Below the pieces are notes generated by a model. The model did no database searches and had not been told where the DNA came from. It saw only the letters and a program-made list of their open reading frames with translations. The position numbers and the translations under genes were made by a program. A stretch of DNA of 64,000 bases from Lama glama. Its lineage: Eukaryota. Numbering within the stretch: position 1 is the stretch's first letter; every line of letters starts with the position of its first letter. Location of the stretch: NCBI GenBank assembly GCA_028534125.1, contig CM052830.1:16926001-16990000 (forward strand), read 5' to 3'. Below, one piece after another: positions 1 to 13,000 of this stretch.

Positions 1-985
1 TGGCCCAGAGAAGACGCTTCTCTTTCCCTTGTGTTCTCTTTTGGCTCATCTGAAGGACTTTCATTGTTCCTGGTGGTTCTTTCGCCTGGGATGAACGGCC
101 CGGGTGATGGGCTGCAGCTTTGATGTGTTTTGAAGTCAAGATGGCAGGGCAGCTAAGGACTCTGGCTTTGAATTAGAAAAATTAGGATCCAAATTCTAAT
201 CTTAAATTACTTAACAAATTCTCAGTTTCTTCATTTGAAATGGGAATAATAGTACCTGTTGCCCAGGTTATTAATGAACAACCGAGATCATTCTAAGCGG
301 TTCAGCAAGGTGCAGGGCTGAGCACTGCCTGGGAACTACGATGGACGTTACCACTGCTAGCTGTGTGCTCGCTCTGCCTCCCCCCCCCCCGGCCTCCCCA
401 GGGACTCTCTCTGGACACGGCCTGGGACGATGGCAATGGAGGGCTGCCGCGTCCGCCCTGGCTGGCGCCCTCCCTGCGGGGTCGGTGCCGGGCTTCATCG
501 CAGGAGAGTTGCGTGACCTTGGAGAAGCCACGTGGATTCTCCAGGCTTTCATGTTCTCCTTCCCTGCCTATCTCTGAGGAACCAGTAAGAGCTTTGCAAA
601 AACTGGGCAGCAGCTGGAAAGTCCAGGAGTTCAGGAAGAGGTAGGGCCCCTTGGCCAGCTGGAGAAGCAGGAACTGGGATACGAGGGTCAAATGAGCCAC
701 TTTTCTGCTGGAAAAAAGGGCTCCTCGCTGACTAGATGGGTGAGCCACTGCAGCAATTTCCTTCCAGTGTCTGGTCACAGGTTAGAAGGACATTGCTGCC
801 GTGCAGGGATGGTGACTAGGTGGCCTTTTGTCCACATGTGCCAGCAGACTGCTAGCTGTGTGGAGGATTCTGAGGCTGTACCCAGGCTTGGGGGGAAAGT
901 GGTCTGGCCCCAGCAGGGGACGGCAGCAGCCCGCACAGCAGGCATCTGGGTCATGGTCAGTGGGAGCCCGGCCCAAGCCCCTTAC

Positions 986-1086
986 CTTTCAACTTGAGCC
1001 CCTTGTCTGCCCCGAGCTTTTCCAGCACTCTGGTCCATGGGCCTCTGGAGACATATCTTCCCTTTGATGCCATGAGGACTATGGAA
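986..1086 (-). CDS. CEMIP: CEMIP coding exon 27 (SIVLMASKGRYVSRGPWTRVLEKLGADKGLKLK)
   Basis: 101 nt, donor G|GTAAG; the terminal exon was not found in 1-985. Confidence 0.96.
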
Positions 1087-4000
1087 CTGAGCGAAAAGGG
1101 ACTGATTAGAGGACAGAGCAAGCTGGAGTACAGGGTTCGCTGGGGGGGATGCTGGAGTGTGCCTGGTGGGACGTGAGTTAGCCATGCCCAGAGCCCCGCC
1201 AGGGACTTGGCAAAGAGCAGCTGACTGGCTCTTTCCATGTGGTGACCAACACCCTGAGCAGCTCGCCCACACAGCTGGCCACGGTCAGCGCCTGTGGCCT
1301 TTCCTAGGCCTGCTGTCCACTCACGGCTGTTCCACGTCTCCCCACGGAGGACAGAGCAGCCACGCAGAGCATACCACCTGGGGGCCAGCACCTGTGTCAG
1401 GGCCGGGCAACAGGAGGACTTCGCCACGCATCTCCTCATCTGCACAGGGCTGTTTGGGTAGGACTGGATGAGGCACAGCGATGGAGGGAAGCAGAGTGGA
1501 GGGTTACCACGCGCTCAGAGGAGGGTTAACTCCTTAGGTTCCCATCCTCCCTCTCTGGTCAGGCAGGACAGCGTTACTGCTCCGTTTTACAAAACGGGGA
1601 GAGGGAGATGGAGGCAAATAGTTACTATCTGCAAGGACCTGCCGAAGGGGAGCCATGCCTGGGGAGGGCAGAGGCCTGGGGCAGTGGCCGTGTCCAGCCT
1701 GAAGGACCCAACTTGCAAAAGCCCACTGCGGGAGCACAGAGTCTCTGCGCCCCTGCCCTGGTTGTGCTCAGGCCAAGGTGCCGGGAAAACAGCCGTCGTG
1801 GTGGCAGACTCAGCGAGCTGGGCCGGCCGGCAGGAAGTGAACACCTCCCCCAGGAACAGAAACGGGGCCAGAGGCCCGATGGGGCTTCTAGTTTGCATCT
1901 CAGAGGAATCCCGTAACCGCAGACCACAGTCCAGACGTGGAAAAACTGTATAGGATTCTGGAAACTGTTGTTACCCCCACTTGTGTCCCACTAGGAGCAA
2001 AAGGAAGGCTCTTAAAATGCAAAGAGCTTGTGTGCAGTAAGAGTAGATGGGAAGGGAGCTGGGGGCTACATCCAGCTCTTCAGGAAGGCTGGGCAGGAAA
2101 GCCTGAGGGCTGGGTGGCTGTTAAGGAGAGAGGGAGCATGGCTAACACATCCTCAACCTTGGATTCGGGCTCTGTTCCCAGGAGGCTGTTTTCCCCTCAT
2201 TCCAAGTCAGAAGAAAAGCCAACATCCCTTTGGCTCAGTTAAGTCTTCTTGCTGGGCTGGACACAGATCAAGGTCATGCCCTCCAGATGGGGCTCACAGG
2301 AGTGGGTCAGAGAGACACTGCCACAGCCTCCCGGCGACACCCAGAAGCTGCCTGCACACTTCAGGTGCCCCTTTCTGTCTGGTATGGGCTTCCCCTGCAC
2401 CTGTCAGCACAGAGGTCCCCATGGGGTGGCCGGGCAGAAGAAGCTCCTGCAAGCCATGGTGTGAGTGGCTGCCTCCTCCTTTCCCTGGGACCCTGGCACC
2501 AGGGGTGGTCCTGTGGGTGGGGTGGGAAGGGTGGGACAGCCTAGCTTCGGCCCACAGTGACGGCGGGCCAGCACCTGTCTTGCCCCATTCCCTGCTGCTT
2601 TCCCGAAGTCAGGGCTGGGTCTTGTGGTACCCAATTCCTGAGCACCCGGCAGCAACCCAGGGCCCAGCGCACACTGGGTACTAGGTGAGCGCTGCGCCCA
2701 GCAAGGTGCGCCGGGGCTGCTGCACGGGCTGAAAGCAGCCCTGGGCGGGGCGGTCCTATACCTCTCACCCCTTTGCTAAACAGAGCAGCTCTGCATCACT
2801 TATTCTAGGCTTTTGCATCCTGTTTCATTTCAAGAAAAAGTCCTCTGGCCCAAAAAGGCATGAAAACTACTAATCTCTAGATGATAACGTATGTTCCCTG
2901 AATCGGCAAACCTGGGCCTTCTGCATGAATCTGCAGATGAAGATATGATGCTAAAAAAGCTTGTGATGGGGACTAGAGCAGGGACAAAAGCCCGATCTCT
3001 GGAATCTCGCAGAGCGCCCAGTTCACGGCATGCCCATCAAACATCAAACAGCTAGCATCTGGGAAGTACATTTGTTTTCATCAATAAATATGTACAGCAC
3101 TTCCTCTGTGGCGGGTATCACATTAAACGCTTCACTTAGACTATCAGCAACTGAGTGAATCCTACACCCATCATACTAGAAATGCACGTATGAGTTAGAC
3201 AGGGTCCCAACATCAAGAAGTCCATTACTGTGGACGGGGGAGCAGACACGCCCACCAGTCCTTTGGCGGGTAGTTAGAAATTTTTGTTCGGATTGGAAGA
3301 GACCTCCCCAAAGAAGGGATGTGTGTGTTAGGTTTGGAAGGTGGAGGGGAATTACCAAAGATTCCTAGGAAAGGGGACAGGAGACACCTACAGGTAATAA
3401 GCTCAGCCCCCCAGCCAGTATGGTAGGTGGATTTGAGTCGGGGAGACTGGACAAGGGAGCCTGCTGGGTGGCTGGCAGACGGGGAGGGCCAGGACGGAGC
3501 AGCGATGCAGAGGACAGTGTGGGGTCACCAGCAGGAGAACAATGATGCAGGCAGAGTTGACGGGACATAGTCACTGAGCGTGGCGAAATGACAGAAGGAC
3601 AAGAGCCAAGCATGATGCCCAGACTCTGGTCGAGCTGCCCAGATGGGAGATGATGACTTTGTCAAAACGGGGGAAAGAGGAGGAGTGACTGGTCTGGATT
3701 TTTTTTTTTTAATTATGAGAATTCAGTTCCATAGGAGACATCCAGGTGGCAATGTCCAAGTGGCAGTTGGATAAAAATGCCTGGCGTTTTGGAGGGACAT
3801 GTGGGCTGGAGACACTCAAAAGCCACCAGCATTTGGATCGTATTGAAGGTGTGGGAGGGGATGAGGTCATGCTGGGAGAGTGTGTCGTGCTGGGGGCAGA
3901 AGGCCAGGGCAGGCGTCCCATTCGCAGCTGGGTAGACCGTCTGCCTCGGCCTGACCTACATTCACAACGGTCCCGGAGCCCACGGGAGAGGCACCAGGCA

Positions 4001-7000
4001 GGGAGCCGTCCCAGCCAGCACCCATTATTGGTGGGCAGACTGTGGAGACTCCCTGAGCTTTCATAGACTGGGCTGGGATGAAGGTCTCAGGGACAGGGAG
4101 GGGGCCTCAGCCAGGGGTCTGCTGGGCCGTGGGACAGCTCCAGACGCAGAGGCACAGACTCACTTGTCGGGGATGGCCGCCACGTAATTGAAGAGCTGCC
4201 ACGGGATGCCCTGCAGGATGGCATTCCTGAAGCTTGCGTGGCTCACCACGTGCCCTTGCCTCCCGTCAATCACCACCACCTGGATGCCATCTTCCGCACT
4301 GGGGTACCTCTTCCCGTCCACCTGCAGACAACAAGCAACGCAAAGGGTGACGTGGGTGGGGGGTGGTCCTGAAGGCAGCAAAGCCCTGAGGTTCTCCTGC
4401 CCGAGTGGTTCTCATGCAGACTCTGAAGACAGAAGTCACCTATGCAGCTGTTCAAACTGTAAAACCCACTTAAATCAATTCCTCGTAGCCCTCTGTCGTG
4501 GGCTGAATGGTGGCTTCCCCCAAGGACACATCTCCTGGAACCTGTGAAAGTGACCTTGTTTGGAAATACGGCCTTTGCAGATGTAATGAAGAGAGATCAC
4601 CCTGCTTTAGGATGGGCCCTAAATCCAGGGGTAGGTGCCCTTATAAGAGCAAGACAGAGGGAGATGTAAGACTCGGGTACACGGGGGAGGAGACCACGTG
4701 AGGGCAGAGGCAGGCGTTGGAGGGGTGTATCTACAAGCCAAGGAGCATCAGGGGTGGCCGGGAGCTGCCAGAAGCCGGAAAGGCCTGGAACAGGCCCTGA
4801 ACAGACGCTCATTATACGCATCCTCAGAGCCTCCACGAGGAACCACCCCTGCTGACGCCTTGATTTTGGACTTCCAGCTGCCAGAACTGGGAGAGGATGA
4901 ATTTCTGTGGTTCTCAACCACCCTCTGCGACAACAGGCCTGTGAAACCAACACCCCATCTCAGTGAGCAAGGTGGTGCAGGGCAGGGGCCAGGGTTGCTT
5001 ACTTCAATGTAAGCAAAGTCGTTCAGCAGGTGGAAGAAACGCTGCTTGGAACTTTCCATCTTCACCTCCAAGAAGCGGTCCTTTGTCTTCTGGAAAACAA
5101 ACCAGACCCAGCGTGGTCGTCAGGCCTGGGGAGTCACGCGTCTGGTCTCCCCCTCCCTCTCCCGTCCCCCTAGTCACCGTCCACAGGTGTGAGGGGCTGT
5201 GCAGGTGTCCGGGCAGGACTCTCACGGGTCTGGGCCCGGCTGAAGGCAAAGGGAGCCCCGGCTCGCCGTCAGCCACTTACCAGCTGAGCGCCGAGGAGCT
5301 TCCTGGGCATCGGCACGTCCACGACGGCCCTCTCCATGAACTTGGGGTAGGCCGTGGCCGTGCAGTCGCTGATGCCTGCGTTCTTTGGGATGAGAGCTTT
5401 AATCTTTATTCTCTCACAGCCTTTCACAGAGCAGAAGGCAAACTTCTCTCTCTCATTCTGAGCTTTCAGCTTCAGGAACAGCAGCCTGCACACAGGAGCA
5501 GAGCAGGGCGTTTGCTGTGGTACCCAGGTCCCCCTCCTCCGCTTCCTCCTCTCTCACAGACATCTACCAAGCACTCTGTGCTGGCCACAGCAATTAGACC
5601 CAGGGGGCCCTACAAAATGGATCTGTGTCTACCGCAAGGTTATATGTGGTTGGAGAAATTTTTTAAAAATGCATTTAAGAAAAAGCTAATACTGACAATT
5701 TTCGGTGCTGTATGCCATGCTATGCTCATGCCATAAAGAGACATATTATCTCACTTAATCCTTGAACAATCCTGTTCAGTGGGTGCTGTTAGCATCTCTA
5801 TTTCTCAGATCAGGAAACCATGTATGAGAGACGTGGAGTGACTTGCCAGGACCACGCAGCACGAAAGGGACAGAGCTGGGGTTTTTCCATCCCATCCTAT
5901 CCCTGTGCCTGGTGGGGAACAAGCTATCGGGCTTCCTAACTCAGCTCTTCTCCAAACCATAATTTATCCTTGCTTCTTGTGAAGAACTAGAAGCGGACCT
6001 GGCGGTGCAGGGAATCAGATGACGAGGAAACCAAGGGGCTCAGTTTGGATTTGTTATCGCTGTTCTTTTAGCTCAGAAAACTGCTTTCAGGCTGATTCCC
6101 ACATGAGAAACATTGGAGTATACGGTATGGGTTGTCCGGTGCAGACTCTCCTCTGGGAGTGGACCCTCTGCTGAGCCCAGTCTGCCCAGAGAGCTTATGG
6201 GCACCTTCGTGCCTTGGCGCCACCCCCACCCCCTCACCACAGCTGATGGGACCAGGGGCGCATACTGGACTTGCAGAGGGGCCACCGATTGGCTACCCAA
6301 CGGCCAAGAAGGTTCTCCGTCTCGAATCTGGATGAAGAGACCCAGGATCTCTTGTCAACTACTGGCTGGTGCTTAAGCTGGAAGGCCACATGGAGTTGGC
6401 ACTGGGGCAACCGTTTTGAGCCATGTGCCCACCGAGGCATTGAGAGAGGAAGGCAGTTTTGCAACAAGAAGCTAACACACCAGGCCCAGCATGCGAGGGA
6501 ACGTGTGTGAACGTGAGGAGAAAGAGCAGCCGAGCCCAGCAGGCCACCTGGTCCCTGCCAGCCCGTTTTCAGCACAGGAGCCCAGGGCGCCCAGCTGGGA
6601 TGGCTTCCTGAAGATGCCTTGGCTCCCTCTCAAGAACACCTCCACTTCGAGCTCCCTTGAGTGGCTTCATGCTTCTTGCCATCCAGCGCTCCTGGAATGG
6701 AACTGTGAGCTGCTGCGGCATCACTCGCTGCAGCTGCGCGCAGAGCCGCTCCGTCTGTGCCCCGTGCGCTGCGCGGGGTGGGGGGAGCTTCGGGCAGCTT
6801 GGGAGGAAGGCAGTTTAATGCTGCCTGTCATCACGTCTCCACTGGCGTCTCCCGCACGAGGTCAGAAACCACCCCAGGGGACAAGTTCATGAGCAAGATC
6901 CCGCAAGGAGACCCAGGCGGAGGACTGGGCGTGGTCCTAGGCGTCTGCCCGAGGCTGCCAGTGTGCAGGTGTCCTCGCTGTCATGACAGATCAGAGTATG

Positions 7001-10000
7001 CAAACTGGGAGGGCCCTGGAAGACCATCTAGCCCACATCCCCGACTTTACAGAGAGCAGCTGCCTTCCCTGAGCCCCACCTTCAACACGGATGTGCCCGG
7101 GTCAGCTAGACCGGGAGGCCCTGGGGGGAATGAAAAGAATAAGGCCCTGGCGGCAGAAAGCCTGGGCTCAAATCCTGGCTGTGGGACCAGGTAACATTTC
7201 ACAGCAGCCCTACTGATGGCCATGCACCTGAATGCTAGGCTTATTTATAGTTTAGCAATACCTCTCTTAGGTGGCAGCTGGCACCAGGACACAGCTAAAA
7301 TCACTTGAGTGCTTTTTTTTTTTCCCTTGAAAGATTTACAGAGGTGATTCAGAGTCTGAAAAAAAGTATTTGACACTTCAAGGCCCCTTCACTTGCAGCC
7401 TACTCACTTTTTATTTTACCCCCAGTTATAACAAGCTGGTTACCCAGTGTCCCAGCCCACAGCAGAGTAGGAGCTAGTCACTAAAGGCAGGTGCTCTGAA
7501 TGTGAGCAAGAAAGAACAACACGTTTGTGAGGCAGAGAAGATCATTAAAAACAGCCTGAAGAATTAAAAAGTTTGGGCTGCTGCTCGGGAAGCAGACATC
7601 TCAGAACCCGGCTTCCAGCCCCGAAGGCTCTCACTGAACTAAAGCACAGCATGAGGCTCAGTGGGCTGAGGGTCACCCAAGCCACCAGCAGAAAGGTCGG
7701 ATTACACAACAAAATCTACCTAAAGGGGGAAAATCATAGATCTTTCAGTGTTTTGATCAAAAAGGCTCAACTTGTTTAAGTGGCAGTTTGAAAAATTTGA
7801 AACCTTTTTTTGGAGACGTTCACATCTTGGAACATCCCATTTCTCATGATCCTACAAGGAGGAGGAACTGCGCACACATGGCGCTGCGAGGGCTTCGCCT
7901 TAGTAACGTTTGGTTTTTTACCATAATGTTTTCTACTGGCGCAGGAGGGGTGTTTAAGTTCTCCTCCAGTTTTCATAGGGAGGGAGTTTTCTAAACACCC
8001 CGGGACCCGCCTCACCCCCTCACTGGCGCCTTCTGGGGGAAGTGGGGTGACTCATTTGGTGGGGGTGGGCATACAGGTCAGCCCACAGAGCGGGCACCTG
8101 GTCTGCCCCGTGAGCCCTAAGTCCTGGGGGCTGGGCTCCAGGTGGGGAGCCCACGATGGCTCGGCGCCGCTCAGGGCTGGGCAGGTGCAACTGGGGCTGG
8201 TCTGGGGAAGCTCGGATGACCAGCAGCCATGTCATCATTAAGACTGATCGTTCCCTCTGCACATGCTGTCTTGTGTGCCCCACCATTGGTTCAGAATTGA
8301 TGTGGGAAAAGGGGTGCTATTTCCTGCCTCCCTGAGCCCCAACATTTTGACGTACACTTCTGATTTTCAAATTTGAATTTTTCCTTTCATCAAATCGATA
8401 AAGCCGTATCTTTCTTAACAAGTAAGAGACAGCGTCTCCTATTTCCTTATCATTGAGCTCAGTTCAAGAATGGAAAAATGGCCGTGAAATGATCCTTTAC
8501 CCCGAGGCCCCAGAGGGTTGGCTGGCAACAGCTTTATCGCTTTGGAGCTGTGTTGGCATTCTTAAGAGGTTAGAAGAACTCTGTTTTTAGGGGAGGAAAC
8601 CAAATAGCTCCCTGTCTCCGTGAGCAGGTAATCTGTCCCCATGACATCTCTACTGAATAGAACCGGTGCAGTTCAGCAAAAGGCGGGAGGGCTCTGGGTA
8701 CAGTTAGGCGTGGCCTCCAAACGAGCCACGCCAAGTCTGTGCCATGGTCTCTGAGCAAGTCATTCCTGTGTGCCCTGTGCCTCCTGCCTTCATCTCTAAA
8801 TCAGGGGTAGTATCACCTGCTCCAGCTGAGTGGTAGTAAGGAACTGAGGTCATGTACCACGTTTGCTCAATTCTAAGATTCACTGCTTTCACTTTTTTTC
8901 TGAAATAGGTATATACCCTACAATCCACGTGCATATTAATAGAGTGTTTATTTTACTCCTAAAGCTTCACAGCTTTAAAAAAAAATGTCATCCGTGGACG
9001 GTACAGTCTGCCTTAGAATGGCAGTGCCTAGGAAAGTATTCTACATTAACCGGCACGCGCTGCATGGTAGTTCTTAGGACTACTGGAAAGGCTGGGGGAC
9101 AGAATGAGAACGGGGTGCTTTCCCACAGCCGGGTGGGGGCTCCTCACCCTGAGTCCTCATCCCAGTAGTAGTGGCTCCTGCCGGGATAGCTCTGCTCTGT
9201 TTTGTCCATCTGCGAGGTCCTCACGAAGATGCCCGTCTTGGACGTTTGCTTCAGCAGGCGATTGTGAACATCGGAGAGGATGGAAAAGGTGGTGCCTTGC
9301 GGGTAGCAGAACCCCACTCGGATCCAGTCGCCCCTACAACCGGAAGTGCATTCAGGTTACAAGCAAGGATGTCCAGGCCCCCGGGCCTCCTGGGCATGCC
9401 TTGGAGAGAGACCAGAGAATTCTCCAGCAAATGGCACCTCTACTTTCCAATGGGGAATTTTGAAAGAGCACTTGCTGTGTGGGTCATGATTGGGTCAAAG
9501 AGTGTTCCAGGACAGTGGGAGAGATGGAGACTGCAATGAATGAGGAGGACCATTGGAGGGGGTCGGTCGGGGGCTCCCAGGATGTACATTGGGTGCTCCA
9601 TGTGGAACTTTGGCTGATGTGAAAGAGGGCTGGAGTGAAAGAGTCAGGATCTGTAGGACCCAGATTCAGACCCTTCCTGGTCCAGCCTGATTGTGGGACC
9701 CATTTCATCTCTTTAGGTCTCACCTGCATCTGATAAATGTCTGTCTCACAGAAATACTGTGATCAGTCAATAATGTGCATAGAAAATACATGAACAGAAA
9801 TATATGACGCCCTATCCAGACGCCCTCAGCTTAATTCCTTGGCCTCGCAGCCTCGTTTCCCGCTCTGTAAAACGGTAGCGACAGCTGCCAGGCATGTTTA
9901 ACCATATATCGAGCACTTCGTAAAGCCGGGTCCTGGGCAAAATGCCCAGCCTACGCTGCCTTGCTCGATCCTCGTTACACTTCTGCCAACTATCAGTATC

Positions 10001-13000
10001 CCCATCTCCCAGATGAAGGAACTGAGGTTCCAAGGGGGTAGATGCCCTGCCTGAGGTCGCCCACACCCAGAAAGGGGGCTCAGCCCAGGTCTTCTGATTC
10101 TTAACCCCTAGGCGATGTCAAGCCCTCTAAATCCGTCCTCCTGCAGGGATGACATGGGCTAGCCTGAGGCTCCGTGAGCGGTAAGCCCGGGACCTTGCAA
10201 CGAGGCTTCGTTATCACCGCCGCCTGGAGCTCCGTCAGAGCAGCGGTCCCCAGGTCACACTGCTCCCGCCAGGCACCCACTCACTTGTTGAAGTTTATGA
10301 GCCAGATGATGAGCTCGGCGGGGGCCGTCTGGTCCCAGTGGATGGTGTAGCCCTTCTGCAGGGTGATGACTGGCTGGTACTGCTGGTAGTGGGTGCTCCT
10401 GGCCAGGGCCCCCTCCAGGTAGAGAGGGTGGCTAGGGAAGTCATTCTTGATGATCTTCATTCGCAGATTACTGGTCTTGTAGGCCTGAATATACATCTTT
10501 TAAAACCCAAAAAGGAAACACACAACGGGGCAATTACAAGGGATTATTCCAAGAGCGTCTGGTTAACATCTGACTACAGACTACACTTTCAAAGGCACTT
10601 TCTCTGAACAGAGCTCTTTTTAGAAAGCTTGAATGAAAGGAGGCCAAATAAGGGGGCATCTCTTTCTGCTGGTGAAGGCAGCCCAAGCCGTACTGTGCGA
10701 TCCAGCTAAAGCTTTCTGCACATTTTCAAAAAAGTGCTCTGTTGAGGAGAGACCAGTGGAAACTTGGGGGGAGTCTGCTTAATAGTCAGCTGGCAAATTT
10801 TGGGAAAAGGCGGGGACTCAGGAGCTAAAGGAAGGCAGAGAGGGGGAGAGAGAATTTTGACACTTCTGCTGCAAACGCAACTCCCCTTTAACTGGCTGTT
10901 GTCCTGCGTGAATTTGAGAAAGAGCCTGGGTGTGCGGCTCTAGGTCTTCCCCTGATTCTCAGTGTCTGGCCCTTGTGGTCAGTCCATGTGCCTGTCAGTA
11001 CATCCCGGGGAGTGAATGACATCTCATTTCAGAGAGAAAAACCGAAAGCAAGACTGTCAGCCACTGAGTCCCAGGGACCGAAGAGCCCTCTTTGTTGAAA
11101 ACACTGTGACCTGTTTGAGAACCTGTCTCACATTCATCAAACGACATCCTTGTAGCTGTGGCCAAGATAGACCATCACATTAAGGGGCAATAATGTTGTG
11201 CCTTTGGAAGGAAGGGGTTATCTTCGCCTCCAGTTGTATTACATATAAAATGGGAAGAGAAACTTTAACTCCACCCTCAAATGGAGCTGTCATGAGTATC
11301 AAGAGCTTAGAGAAACATTAAAGCATTTTGTAAGCTGTCAAGTGGAGGGAGGAGGTTATTACTAATAATTAGCCAGTAGCCTGGTTGTCACAACCTGGCA
11401 AGCTCTAACTATCAGCCTTTTTCTACACAAGATAAACACTATGGGAAAGAAAGGGTGGGCGGGAAGTTCAAGATCAAGGCTCTGCATGGGATGCCTCGCC
11501 CTTGAATCAGGGATGCTGTGATACTGGCAGAGTGTGGCTGCAAGGCTTAAGGGCTTGGTCACCCTTTAATTATTCGGGTCATGACTCCTGTCTCTCAGCT
11601 CCCTTCTGACTCCACTTCCCTTCTTATCTGCCCCAGACCATCACGTCAACTGCTCGCTCCTGTAGCATCAGATCCCTTGCCCTGTGCACACACGCAGCAG
11701 AAGCCTCAGCCTGGGTTGTTCCACGGGTCCCCCCTCCGCTGCCAGGGCTCTGGAACAGGGCCGAGAAAACCCCACAGCCTGGGAGAGCGGTGCCCCTTGC
11801 AGGGGGCCATCGGCAGCCTCCACCGGCTTTCAGCAGGGCCCGGCATTCCTTCCCCACGCCCCTTGTCAGCATTTTCCAGTCTCGGTGGCAGCCCTTCCCA
11901 GCCTTATCTCTGTCTGCAGGCCACCCGGCTCAGGCCCACGCTCCACCCTCTCAGTTCACGACCTCACCCTCCACTGTGGAAAGAAACTCTCTCGACTTCG
12001 CCAGCCCCGCCTTCCTCTGGGCTCCGCCGCCGCTGCTCCCACCCCCGCTGGCACCTGCTCCGAGCGCACCTCTCCCCCAGGTCCCCCACTTGGCCCCCAG
12101 GAGCCCTTTCCCCTCACGGGCAGTAGCCCCCTCCCCAACCCTCCCCAGACTCCAAACCATCTTTAGCTTTTTTCTGACACCCGGATTGCTGATGGTGACA
12201 ATGCCTGCCCGTAGGGCGGTTGTGAGGACAACTTCGTGCTTAGTTTCCGTGCCCGCTCTGGGGCCACCTGGCTCACCGTGCCTCCCTCCTATCTGACAGC
12301 CCTTCATTTCTTTGGGTCTCTCTTCTCCTGTTCATCTATTCCTCAGTCGTTCCTCCAAATAATATCAGGAACAATAATACAGTGACATTTTCCCATTGCA
12401 GGCACTGCCCCTGCCTGCCGGCCCATACTGTAGCCGCTGGCCACGTGCAGCTGCTGGGCTCTAAAAGTGGGACCGGTGTGGCTGAGGACCTGAATTTTAC
12501 ATCTCATTTTAATTAATTTAAATTTCAAACCAAAGACAGTGCAAAACAGTTGTCCGTGAAACGCAGCTTTACTGTTGGGGTCGGACCAGCTGTTGCTTTG
12601 ATGGAAGAAAATTTGCATCTAGGTTGAGCGGGCTATAAATATGAAACGTGCTGTGGATGTCGAAGGCTTAGGGCAGGAAACAAACATAAACATAAAGAAT
12701 GTTCCATTCATGATTTTTTTATATTGGTTACATGTTGAGAGGATAGTATTTTGAATATATTGAGTTAAATCAAGTGTATCATTTAAATAGATTTCTCCCA
12801 TTTCTTCTTCCTTTTTTAAAAAAAGTCTTTTTTTAAACCTTTGTTCTTATTTATTTATTTTTGGGGAAAGTAATTAGGTTTATTTATTTTTATTTACTTT
12901 TTAATGGAAGTGCTGGGGCTTGAACCCAGGACCTCGTGCATGCCAGGCATGTGCTCTCCCACTGAGCTGCGCCCTCCCCATTCTTTTTCCTTATTAATGC

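Noticed and set aside
2028-2684. 218-aa + ORF and the many other 60-190-aa ORFs
   Set aside because: These are Pro/Gly/Arg/Ser-rich chance ORFs typical of GC-rich introns and repeats, with no splice-supported second gene.
4963-5736. 257-aa + strand ORF, the longest in the track
   Set aside because: It is an antisense shadow of CEMIP exons 24-25 in GC-rich DNA, starts at GTG, and shows no recognisable domain.
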